NCBI RefSeq assembly: GCF_963506605.1
Contig: NC_083279.1
Span: forward strand, 101,742,001-101,806,000
Source of the DNA: Zootoca vivipara
Taxonomy: Eukaryota
Direction of reading: 5' to 3'
Length of the DNA: 64,000 bases
Part shown: piece after piece, positions 21,394 to 31,800 of the stretch
How positions within the stretch are numbered: the first letter of the stretch is position 1
How the letters are laid out: every line of letters starts with the position of its first letter
Notes under the pieces: generated by a model
The model's input: the letters and a program-made list of their open reading frames with translations, nothing else
What the model was told of the DNA's origin: nothing
The model's database searches: none
Translations under genes and position numbers: made by a program

Positions 21394-23424
21394 TTAACAG
21401 TACTGGAAGGTTTTCAGGCAGTGGTGCATGCTGTCTGCCACCACTAGGTGGTGCTCGCCGAGAAGGGCAACCCCCCGGGGGCTGCTTAACCCCTCGGTGG
21501 CCACGGCCCAGCCCCGCCCTCGTGGAGGGTAGCAGAAGATGGCGTGGGAGAGGCGCCCCCAGTCGGCCACCACCACCCGCCCGGCCTCGTCCAGGGAGAC
21601 CCCCCAGGGGTTGGTGAGCAGTGGGGGGTGGCCCTGCCCACCCAGCACCCTCAGGAGGTGCCAGGTGGGGGCCAGCACCTTAACGCAACAGCCCCCATCC
21701 AGCCCCCGCTCAGAGACGGCCACCTCCCCCCGGCTGTTGGTAGCCACCAGGTAGGGCTTGACGAAGCCCCCCACAGCCTCCCTCCGCACCAGCCGGCCCC
21801 TGGACACCCCCAGGACATGCAGCGCCCCCAGGCGCGTGTCAGCCACCAGGAACTCCCCCCGGGGGGCAAGGGCGATGCCCCGGGGGCTCTGGAAGCCCTC
21901 AGCCAGGGCTTGCAGGAGGCGGCCTCGGGAGCTATACAGCTCCACCCGGCGCCAAGAGGGGCTGGTCAGTGCCACACAGCCCCCCCTGCCCTGGGCCACG
22001 TCAAAGTAGGCCTTCCCGGGCAAGGGCATGGCCCGCCCCCCAGCCCTCCCCACTTCCTGCAGCCGGCGGTTCCCGAAGTCCACCACCAAGAGGGAGCCGG
22101 CGGGGGCGGCACACAGCCCATGCGGGAGGCACAGCTGCCCCTCTTGGCTGCCCCACGCCCCCCACTGCCCCACCAGCCGGTTGCAGGGAGGGCTGGGGGG
22201 TCCCAGGTGGTGGGGCACGACTGGGATGCACTTTAAATGGGGGCTCGGGGGCTCACCCCACCCCAGTCGGGTCCCCTTGAGGAAGGTGACCCGCTCCGCT
22301 CCGGCCCCCGCCAGCTCCAGGCAACTGCCCCCCAGCTGCCCCCCAGCTCCCCGCCTGGCTCTGTACAGCCGCCCCAGGGACTCGGCTGAGGCCCACCGGG
22401 GCAGGGGCCCCCTGGCTGAGGGCGCCCGGCTGCCCAGCACGGCCACCTCCCGGAAGGATCCTGACCCCCCCGTCTCCCCGCTGCTGCTGCTGCTGTCAGA
22501 GGCATCTTCTTGCACCCAGACCGCCCTGGCATGGAAGAGGGTGGCAGGCTCCAAAGGCAGGGGCATGCCAAGGGACCCTTCTGGAAGGGACAGGCCTGGC
22601 CTTGCTGTGCCACCCACTCCCTCAGCCCCTGGCAAGCACCTCCGGGGCACCCCTGCAGAGACCGTGGGCATCGCCACTGCCGGCAGGGCTTCTTCGCTGC
22701 CCTCTGCCTCCCTCACAGCAACCTCTGCCACAGCCCCCATCTCCATCCCCTCTGCCCAGCTGCACATCTCCCCCCGGGATGCCAGCCCAGCCTCAGCAGA
22801 CGGGGCCCTCCCTGGCAGCTCCGAGGGGCAGCACTCGCTTGCCTGCCCCTTGTCGCTACACTCCTGGCTGCTCCCTTCCGTGGGCACGGCGGGGTCTCCT
22901 CTGTGCCCTTCTCCATTGCCCCTGGGCAGGATCTTGCTTGGGGCCAGGCTGAGGACCCTCTCCTCCCGCTGGAGCTGCCCCAGGACATAGCTCGGCCGTC
23001 CCTGTGGAGATGGCATGAAGTGGGCCCAGGTGAGCTGGAGGGAGAGAGCGCTGGCATGGGCAAGCAGCTCCCTGGCCTCCTGGGCCCTCTGGGCGGAGGG
23101 GGCTGCCTCTGGGGTGGCCAGGAGGCAGGTATGGAGGTGGCTGAGCTGCTGCCGCAGGGCCTGGATCCTGGCCGCGCCCACGCGTGCCGCCTCCTCGTTG
23201 GCGTCCTGAAGGGTGGCCAGCTCTCCTTGCAGCCGCAGGCGCTCTGCCCGGGCACGTGCCCACAGCTGCTCCTCTTCCTGCAGCCCTGCTGCCAGGGCCT
23301 CCTCCAGGGAGCGCTGGGCCCCCGCCAGGCCCACCAGCTGGCGCTGCTGCAGGGACTTCAGCCAGTCCTGGGCCCCACTCAGCGCCAGCACCAGGGCCTT
23401 GTGGTCCACAGGGCCCTGCGCCAT
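21394..23424 (-). CDS. TRIM32-like coiled-coil + NHL-repeat protein, no RING/B-box, 676 aa, single coding exon
   Basis: Uninterrupted ORF; acceptor ctctctcttcccag| at 23451/23450 then gagATGg at 23424. N-terminal heptad helix ending HFMP...LGQL; low-complexity linker; NHL repeats (GQLCLPHGLC...VVDFGNRRLQ, FQSPRGIAL...VAD, VKPYLVATNSRGEVAVSE, NPWGVSLDEAGRVVVAD, GLSSPRGVAL...VADSMHHCLKTF). Confidence 0.88.
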   Translation of the reverse strand: MAQGPVDHKALVLALSGAQDWLKSLQQRQLVGLAGAQRSLEEALAAGLQEEEQLWARARAERLRLQGELATLQDANEEAARVGAARIQALRQQLSHLHTCLLATPEAAPSAQRAQEARELLAHASALSLQLTWAHFMPSPQGRPSYVLGQLQREERVLSLAPSKILPRGNGEGHRGDPAVPTEGSSQECSDKGQASECCPSELPGRAPSAEAGLASRGEMCSWAEGMEMGAVAEVAVREAEGSEEALPAVAMPTVSAGVPRRCLPGAEGVGGTARPGLSLPEGSLGMPLPLEPATLFHARAVWVQEDASDSSSSSGETGGSGSFREVAVLGSRAPSARGPLPRWASAESLGRLYRARRGAGGQLGGSCLELAGAGAERVTFLKGTRLGWGEPPSPHLKCIPVVPHHLGPPSPPCNRLVGQWGAWGSQEGQLCLPHGLCAAPAGSLLVVDFGNRRLQEVGRAGGRAMPLPGKAYFDVAQGRGGCVALTSPSWRRVELYSSRGRLLQALAEGFQSPRGIALAPRGEFLVADTRLGALHVLGVSRGRLVRREAVGGFVKPYLVATNSRGEVAVSERGLDGGCCVKVLAPTWHLLRVLGGQGHPPLLTNPWGVSLDEAGRVVVADWGRLSHAIFCYPPRGRGWAVATEGLSSPRGVALLGEHHLVVADSMHHCLKTFQYC

Positions 23425-24913
23425 CTCCTTAGGGTGGGGGGCCTTGAGACCTGGGAAGAGAGAGAGGGAGGGAGGGAGGGAGGGAGAGGTGGTCACGGGT
23501 GGCATCAGCCTCACCAGCAAACAGGCTCCCTGGTGGGGAGAAGCAAAGGCACAGTTCAGCTGTGGAACTCCCTCCCACAGGAGGCATGGATGGCCACCAG
23601 CTTGGCTCTGCCCTGCCTCCGCGGTCAGAGGTGGCGATGCTGCCAAATGCCAGTTGCCGGAAACCACAGAAGAGAGAAGGGCTCAGATCCTGCTTGCGGG
23701 TTTCCCACAGGCTTTTGGTTGGTCAACTGTGAGGACAGGAGGCTGGACGGGATGGTCCCCCCTCCGGCCTGATTTGGAGCCTCTTTGGATGTCCTTGTGG
23801 AACCTCCAGCTGCAGATGCAGTCTATCTGCACTGCTGAGTTCTTGGGAGTATTTGGCCTCTGTGAGAACAGGGCGCTGGACTTAGCCAGTTAAACGTCGC
23901 AATTTGCATCTCCAAAGAAGTTGCTTTGTGCTCTAGGACACACAAGACGGGTCTTCCCCACCTCACCTCACCTCACCAGGTAGGAGAGCGAGAGGCAGAG
24001 TTTTGGGCTGGGAGCTGAGCCAGGAGACAGGAGACCCAGAGACCAGCTCTCTCTCTGCGCTGGAGACAAAGCTGCGACTCCTGCAGCCGCGAGATCTCCT
24101 GGGATCTTGCTGCTGGGAGCCCCTCCCTCCTTCACTCAGGTTGTATATATGTGTAAATAAAATCCTATAGCCCAAAGACACCATTGTCTCCGCTGACCTT
24201 TTCCCCAAGGAAACCAAAGATGGATCTGAAACTCCTGGCACCTCTCACCTCTCAGAGACTGGCGAGGCAGGGAACATTATCCTGATTGCTTTCATTATTC
24301 TGATTACTGCTTTATCGCACTTTATGGCCACCTGCCAGGGATGCTTTTGAGGGGATTCCTGCATTGTTGGGGGGGGGGCTGGAGTTGTTGGCCGCTGGGA
24401 CCCCTTCCAACTTCACTATTTACAGTGAGACTGGCCCACTACTTGGGGGTCCCAGGGCAGGTGGCAGCAACTAAAACCCAACTTTTTCTGCAAGTACAAT
24501 ATTGCAAAGCACTAAAAATAGTTGGAAAAGACTCCAAAGGACGGAATTAAGGTGGTCCATCCACTGCATCTCTGGCCGCCAGGATCTTGGGGGGGGGGAG
24601 AGAGGCTAGCATGGCAGCTGCTGTCTCAGGTGGCGCCATGAATATCTCATGAGGCCCTGGCAGACTCTCTCTCTGTCTCTTTCCCCATGGCTGCCCCATT
24701 CCCAGGCCAGCCTGCTAGACACTCAATTTCTGTGGGGCAGGCAGATCCACAGGGGGTGGGTGGGTGCCTGAAAGGAATTGGCAAAGAGATTGTAGGGGAG
24801 CTATGCAGGAGACAGAATTATTGGGGTGAGGGTAAAGGACCCCAAGTGCCAAGGGGTGGCTGGGACCTCCCCTCCCTCTCCTGCGGGTCCCCAGGGCCCC
24901 ACGAGGAACTCAC

Positions 24914-25055
24914 CTTCTCGCTGAAGCAGCAGCAGGAAGATGTCCCGGGAGGGTGAGGGGGCTTCAGCCCAGCCCAGGTGAGAGGGAGACTGAGAGGAGG
25001 GAGGAAGTGGCAGGCAGGTGGAGGCAGGTGGGGAGAGAGAGAGGCGTCACGTGAT
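24914..25055 (-). promoter_or_regulatory. Probable non-coding first exon/promoter of the NHL gene
   Basis: Consensus donor AAG|gtgagt at 24914/24913; E-box GTCACGTGAT 25046-25055. Confidence 0.55.
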
Positions 25056-25721
25056 CCTGGAGGCTCCGGCTGGGGGCAGGCTGGGTCGGCAGCCTCCGCA
25101 GGGAAGCTCAGAGCAGGAGGGGGTGGGTGGGGACAGGTGGGGGCATGGGCTGCCCCCCCATCCTCTTCAAAAAGGTACCTGGGCTGGACACTTTAGCTTA
25201 GAGAAAAGGTGGGAAGAGGCGACAGGATAGAAGCTGATAAGATTACACCCAGGAGAATGTGGCGAGATCAAGCTGAATGTGGGAAGATTCAGGACGTATA
25301 AAAAGAAAGTCACGCAGTGAAGTGACTATGGAACTCCCTCCCACAAGAAGCAGGGGTGGCCACCCACCTAGATGGTTTTACAAGAGGACGGGAGGCAGCT
25401 GTGATTCTGAAGGCCAGTTGCTGGAAAATGCAGGAGGGGAGAAATGCTCTGGGGCTCGAATCCTGCTTGTGGGTTTCAGTTTGGGGCAGCCGGTTGACCC
25501 CTGTGAGGAAAGGAGGCTGGACTAGGTGGGCCGCCTTTGGCCGGATCCAGTTGGAATTCTCCTATGTCCTTATGGAGATGCAGCTTCAAATTCCATAAAG
25601 AGGGTTGCCATATTCTGAAGAGCAAAAAAGAGAACACACTTGTGTGACATGTCGTCAATTATGTGGGGTGGGGCTTGCATGACCCCCCTCCCATATTCTA
25701 TTCAAGTTGGCACCCCTCAGG

Positions 25722-25998
25722 GATCATAGAATCCTAGAGTTGGAAGAGACCACAAGGGGCATCCAGTCCAACCCCCTGCCAAGCAGGAAACACCATCAAA
25801 GCATTCTTGACATATGCCTGTCAAGCCTCTGCTTAAAGACCTCCAAAGAAGGAGACTCCACCACACTCCTTGGTAGCAAATTCCACTGCCGAACAGCTCT
25901 TACTGTCAGGAAGTTCTTCCTAATGTTTAGGTGGAATCTTCTTTCTTGTAGTTTGAATCCATTGCTCCATGCCTGCTTCTCTGGAGCAGCAGAAAAGA
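25722..25998 (-). mobile_element. CR1 LINE 3' end
   Basis: Near-identical to the other CR1 copies. Confidence 0.9.
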
Positions 25999-26241
25999 AC
26001 CTTTGTTTAGCTGAGATTCTTGCATTGGCAGGGGCTGGACTAAATGACCCTTGGGGTCCCTTCCAGCTCTGCAGAGGCTGGCAGTCACAGGCATCTGGAG
26101 GGAAGCAGGCTGGCTTCTGCTGGGCTGATTAATCGGACCTAAACACCGAGTATTACATGCACAAAAGGCACGGATCCTTCCTTTGCAGAAACCTGCCCAC
26201 CCCTCAGCTCTCTCTGAGACCGCGGCTGCGCGCCACCAAGG

Positions 26242-26637
26242 CAAAAAAGGTAAAGGTAAAGGAGCCCTGAATGGTTGAGTAGTCCAAGGCGACTCTGGGG
26301 TTGCGGCTGGCTCTCATCTCGCTTTCAGGCCGAGGGAGCAAGCGTTTGTCCACAGCTTTCCGGGTCATGTGGCCAGCAGGACTAAACTGCTTCTCGTGCA
26401 ATGGGACACCGTGAAGGAAACCAGAGTGCACAGAAACGCCATTTACCTTCCCGCTGCAGCAGTACCTATTTATCTAGGTGGGTGGCGCTGTGGTCTAAAC
26501 CACTGGTCCTTTTGGGCTTGCTGATTGGAAGGTCAGTGGTTCTAATCCACACGACGGGGTGAGCTCCCGCTGCTCTGTCCCAGCTCCTGCCAGCCTAGCA
26601 GTTCAAAAACATACCAGTGCAAGTAGATAAATAGGCA
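26242..26637 (-). mobile_element. Sauria SINE with inverted 5' half
   Basis: 3' half with (ACCTTT)n tail on minus (26242-26476); tRNA-like 5' half on plus (26477-26637); TSD ccaccaagg at 26233-26241 and 26638-26646. Confidence 0.85.
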
Positions 26638-26649
26638 CCACCAAGGAGC

Positions 26650-26863
26650 AGAATCATAGAATCATAGAGTTGGAAACACCATCAAAGCATTCTTGACATA
26701 TGCCTGTCAAGCCTCTGCTTAAAGACCTCCAAAGAAGGAGACTCCACCACACTCCTTGGCAGCAGATTCCACTGTCAAACAGCTCTTACTGTCAGGAAGT
26801 TCTTCCTAATGTTTAGGTGGAATCTTCTTTCTTGAAGTTTGAATCCATTGCTCCGTGTCCGCT
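26650..26863 (-). mobile_element. CR1 LINE 3' end with internal deletion
   Basis: agaatcatagaatcatagagttgga tail plus CR1 body. Confidence 0.85.
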
Positions 26864-27681
26864 TCCATTGCAAGGTGCCTGGTGAGCAGTGGCTCACCGG
26901 GCACCTTGGCAGCCTGGCAGGCCCAAGTCAGGAGCAGGTGGAAGGAGTCATTGTCCAGCTGTAGCACTGGGTGCAGGTCCCAGTGGACATCGCAGAAGGG
27001 AACCCGCCCCCAGCCTCCTCCGTCCCCCTGCCCTGCCTTGGCTGTGTCCATCCCCTATGCCAGCTAGAAACCAGAGCTGCGTTTCAAGGTTCCGCTCTCC
27101 AGACAGGCCCTGGTAACAATTCTTGCTCTCATGAAGAACCCAGACATTTAGCCAAAATTTTAAAATCCACCTGAATGGGGGGCTTTTTGCCCTAAAAAAA
27201 GAGGACATGTCTGGGGAAAACAGGGGCCTGGCAAGCACCCCGGTCAACCTCAGATGCACAATTTATCTGGGGAGCTTATAGCCAGGTCTGCTGCAACAAA
27301 CAGCCACGCAAGCCTTGGGGAGGGAGAGATGTGAGAGGGCATCAGAGGAGGAAGGGAAAGAAAGAGGGACCGAGGCCAGGGTTGTCTGCAGCACCCCAGA
27401 GCATCATCCAAGGCACCCCAGGGTGCCATGGCACATGGGTTGAAAACCACTGCCATGAAGCATTTTGTCTTCTTTTTTTGGCGAAGTACCAACTCCTAGA
27501 GGGGCAGCTCTGTTACTTGGCAGAGTGACCTTGGATAGGTGGGGAGGAGAGACTCAGGACGGAGGGCAGCAGTAGCCCCTGGCAGTTCCTTCCTGCTGCC
27601 CCTGGAGGCCAAAGCTGAGAGCGGCAGGCCTCCTGGCCCTGTGGCAGCCCCTAAACTGGCAGAAGATGGGGGTGGAGGGCC

Positions 27682-27880
27682 ATAGAATCCTAGAGTTGGA
27701 AGACCCCAAGGGCCATCCAGTCCAACCCCCTGCCAAGCAGGAAACACCATCAAAGCATTCTTGACATATGCCTGTCAAGCCTCTGCTTAAAGACCTCCAA
27801 AGAAGGAGACTCCACCACACTCCTTGGCAGCAAATTCCACTGCCAAACAGCTCTTACTGTCAGCAAGTTCTTTCTAATGC
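27682..27880 (-). mobile_element. CR1 LINE 3' end
   Basis: Same family. Confidence 0.85.
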
Positions 27881-28895
27881 CAGGCCCATTGGCTCCTGGG
27901 TGTGTGGGGCAAAATCTTGTCCCCACCCCAACAGGCAGGGACATGTCCTGGGACAGCCCTGCCCCCTTAGCGTCTGCATCTTCTGCCCATCCATTTCTTG
28001 GGCTATTTTGAATTGAGATTCCACTAGATAAGTGGGGGGCTGCAGCCCGCTGCTCCCCCCACTCACCTCAGGCCTCCTCAGCTGCTCCACTTCCTGATGA
28101 GAGCAGGCGGGTGGGGGGGGGTCGTTGTTGTCTTGGGCCTCCCAGTACGGTGCTTTTCTAGATCCTTCTCAAATATATGTTGCCCAAGAAACAGCTTTTG
28201 CAGCCAGGCTGGCCATAAGAGCATCAGAAGAAGGTGCTGGGTCAGGCCAAAGAGTGACCATCCAGTCCAGCCCCCTGTTCTCACAGCGGCCAACCAGAGG
28301 CCCACATGGGACCCCCCCCCAAGCATGATTCCAGCAAAAGAGCCCCACTCTCCCCTCCTGCGGCTTCCAGAAATTGGTCTCCGGAAGCCTTGCTGCCATC
28401 GACAGCCCTCTCCTCCTCCATGAATTTGTCTAATCCTCTTTTTAAGCCACCCAAGCTGGTGGCCATCGCTGTCTCATGTGGCAGGGAGTTCTGGAGTTTA
28501 ACTATGCGGTGCGTGAAGGAGGACTTGCTCTTATCTGTCCGGAACCTTCCAACATTCAGCTTAAATCTTTCCTCTACTCACCCTCCTTTCTCGCCTGCAA
28601 GGGCGGCACCAAAGCCCACCCGCCCGCCTTCGAAGGGCTCTCTCCCCCTCCCTCTGTGGTGCTCAGAGGCAGCCCCCTGGGGTGATGGCGGCAGGGGGCC
28701 CTTTGTGACCTCACAGGCCAGCCCTGCCTTCTGCTGCTCCCAGCTCCAAGCCTGCAGGGAGGGGGGGCACATCTTCCCAGACGCTGAACAGCTCCTCCAT
28801 GCCCAGCCCCATGCCCTTGGCCTTGCCCAGACCCATGCCCACGCTCTCTTGCCACCCTCCTGGACCCCTCTAGGCCTTGTCCAGCTGCTTGCAAG

Positions 28896-31800
28896 ATGGA
28901 CGGCGGGGTCCAAACCCTGCAGATTGGGGAGGCGGATGCCAACTGGGAGCTGATCAGGGACAAGGTGAGGAGGAGGAAGAAGAGGAGGAGGAGGAGAGGA
29001 GCTGGCCTGGCGAGGGGGGCCCTGGGAAGGAGGGACTAGTCTGCAGCATGGGCTTCCTGGGTGCCCCTCACACCAAGACCCCCAGCTGGGTATCAGGGGG
29101 CTCTGCTCCAGCTCCGCAAGTGGAGGCAGCAATGCTTCTCGATGCCAGGAAGGGGGGGGGGCTCTGGTGCTCAGGTCCTGCTTTCGAGTTTCCCATTGGG
29201 GCATCTGTTTGGCCCCTGTGAGAGCAGGAGATGGGCCTGATCCTGCAGGTGCTTCCCTGGAGAGGGGCAGCAGAGCTAACCTGACCTGGGGGGTCTCTCA
29301 TGGGACACCTTGGGACGTGGCTTGTAAGGGTCCTCAGTTTAAGGAGGAGAAGAAGAAGAGTTTGGATTTGATATCCCGCTTTATCACTACCCGAAGGAGT
29401 CTCAAAGCGGCTAACATTCTCCTTTCCCCTCCTCCCCCACAACAAACACTCTGTGAAGAGAGTGGGGCTGAGAGACTTCAGAGAAGTTTGACTAGCCCAA
29501 GGTCACCCAGCAGCTGCATGTGGAGGAGCGGAGACGCGAACCCGGTTCCCCAGATTACGAGTCTACCGCTCTTAACCACTACACCACACTGGCTTCCAGC
29601 TTGTCAAACATCCTCCTTAAATTGTGGTGGTTATCAAGGGACTCTGACTTCCCTTGATCTGGACACTACACTTCTGTGGATGCAGCCTAGAAGAGCATTA
29701 GCCTTTTTTGCTGCTGCATCACACGGTGGGCTTCTGGCTGGGTTTCCCCGGCCACTCTAGGCAGCTTCCAACAGAATATTAAAATACAATGATCTATTAA
29801 ACATTAAAAGATTCCCTAAACAGGGCTGCCTTCAGATGTCTTCTAAAAGTCTGGTAGTAGTTGTTTTCTTTGACATCTGGTGGGAGGGCGTTCCACAGGG
29901 CGGGTGCCACTACCAAGAAGGCCCTCTGCCTGGTTCCCTGTAACTTGGCTTCTCGTAGTGAGGGAACCGCCAGAAGGCCCTCGGAGCTGGACCTCAGTGT
30001 CCGGGCAGAACGATGGGGGTGGAGACGCTCCTTCAGGTATACCGGACCGAGGCCATTTAGGGCTTTAAAGGTCAACACCAACACTTTCGATTGTGCTCGG
30101 AAACGTACTGGGAGCCAATGTAGGTCTTTCAGGACCGGTGTTATGTGGTCTCGGCGGCCGCTCCCAGTCACCAGTCTAGCTGCCGCATTCTGGATTAGTT
30201 GTAGTTTCCGGGTCACCTTCAAAGGTAGCCCCACATAGAGCGCATTGCAGTAGTCCAAGCGGGAGATAACTAGAGCATGCTAGTAAGTCAGGTGTCCCCC
30301 ATCTTATATTTGTGCATCTGGTTCTTCCTGCCTAAGTGTTCAACCGTACTTTTGTCCCTACTGAAATTCATTTTGTTAGTGTAAGGGGGAGGGATTATAG
30401 AGAACCCTCCCCCCTCATCAGAAGCAGCCCGTCTCCAAGCAGTCATGAGAGCGAGGGGTCTGAAGGGGTGAGTCAGGAAACGGAGAGGGAGGGCCAGGGC
30501 TCTGGCAACATCAAAGAGCCCCTGCTCCATAGGCAGGAAGAGAGGGAGGCGGAAAGAGTGGACAGGAATAGGTCAGACAGAAGACCCGTTCCCTTGACGC
30601 CGGAATTGAGGAGGAGGAGGAAAGGGAGGCGCTTCTCAGTTCCGAGGCTTTTATGCTGGTCCCGAACGCGGAAGGGGGTAGTGCAGGAATCTGACTCGAG
30701 CGGGTAGACATGAAATGAGCAATCCGTTACACTGTAAATAATGTGCACCAATAAAAACGTCTGAAAGACAAGCATGTGGAAGGCCGTTACTCAAGAGTAG
30801 TCACAACACACCCCGACAGTTAGCTAGCACCCGGTTCTCCAATCTGATGAGGTCATTTTGAATTCAGATTCTGTCTTCAGTCTCTCTCCAACTGTGATTT
30901 CGGGGGTTGCCCTAGATGACCCTTGGGTGTGCCTCCCCACACCCTGACATCCTGACCTCCCCCCCTCTCTCTGGGCAGGTGGTGGAGGAGCGCTTTGGCC
31001 CCACGGTGGTTCCCGTGCCCTTCCTGGAAGATGCCGCCTCCTACGACCTGCTGACGGTGCTGATCAAGAAGCCCCCCCTGGGGCAGGGTCTCCTCCGCCG
31101 CCAGCGCTGCCTGGTGCCCGTGGGGCCCCTGGAAAACCTGCTTCAGGAGGGCACCCCTGCCAGGGAGCTGACCCACTGCACGCGCGAGTACAACGCCCGG
31201 GTGCGGGGCGAGTCGCGCTACGAGGAGACGCGGCTGGTGGCGGGCGCCCTGCGCCACGTGCGCCTCACCATGTCGGGCGTCCACAAGAAGGTGGCCTTCC
31301 TGGTCCTGCGCCCCGGAACCGTCTCCCTGCGCCCGGACCTGCCCTGGCTGCGCTCGCAGAGCAGCGTCTACGTGGTCTACGAGGTCTTCTACTGCGCCAG
31401 CCTGACGATGGCCGTCACGCAGGGCGCCGAGCACAGCTTCTTCCACCGCGACCAGCCGCTGCCCGTGGCCTTCTCCTGCCTCAAGTTTGCCCTCGGCCCC
31501 AAAGGGGTGCTGGGCTCCCAGAAACCCACGGGCCACAACTTGCCTGCCAGGGCCGCCTGGGTCCGGATGGCAGTACTGGAGCCCCCCAGGACCCCAGCCC
31601 CCAAGCCGCCCCTGGAGAGCCCCCTGCCCAAGGAGGAGGGCAAGGCTTCCCGCAAGCGCTGGAGACCCCTTAGCAGGCCCACGAGGACCCTGGCAGGTGA
31701 GGCATTTCGCTCTTCACGGGAGACCGTGATGACCGCCAACTTGGCTGGTCAGCGGTCAGGGATGCTTGAGCTGAGGGGTGGGACTGGATGACCCCGGGGG

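Noticed and set aside
23451-23667. Upstream extension of the 757-aa NHL ORF as a hidden RING/B-box
   Set aside because: Lies upstream of a strong acceptor, overlaps CR1-like remnant sequence and has no zinc-finger spacing.
21758-23772. Long antisense ORFs (320 and 420 aa) over the NHL gene, and similar ones over other genes
   Set aside because: Shadow ORFs expected opposite GC-rich coding sequence; no recognisable domains.
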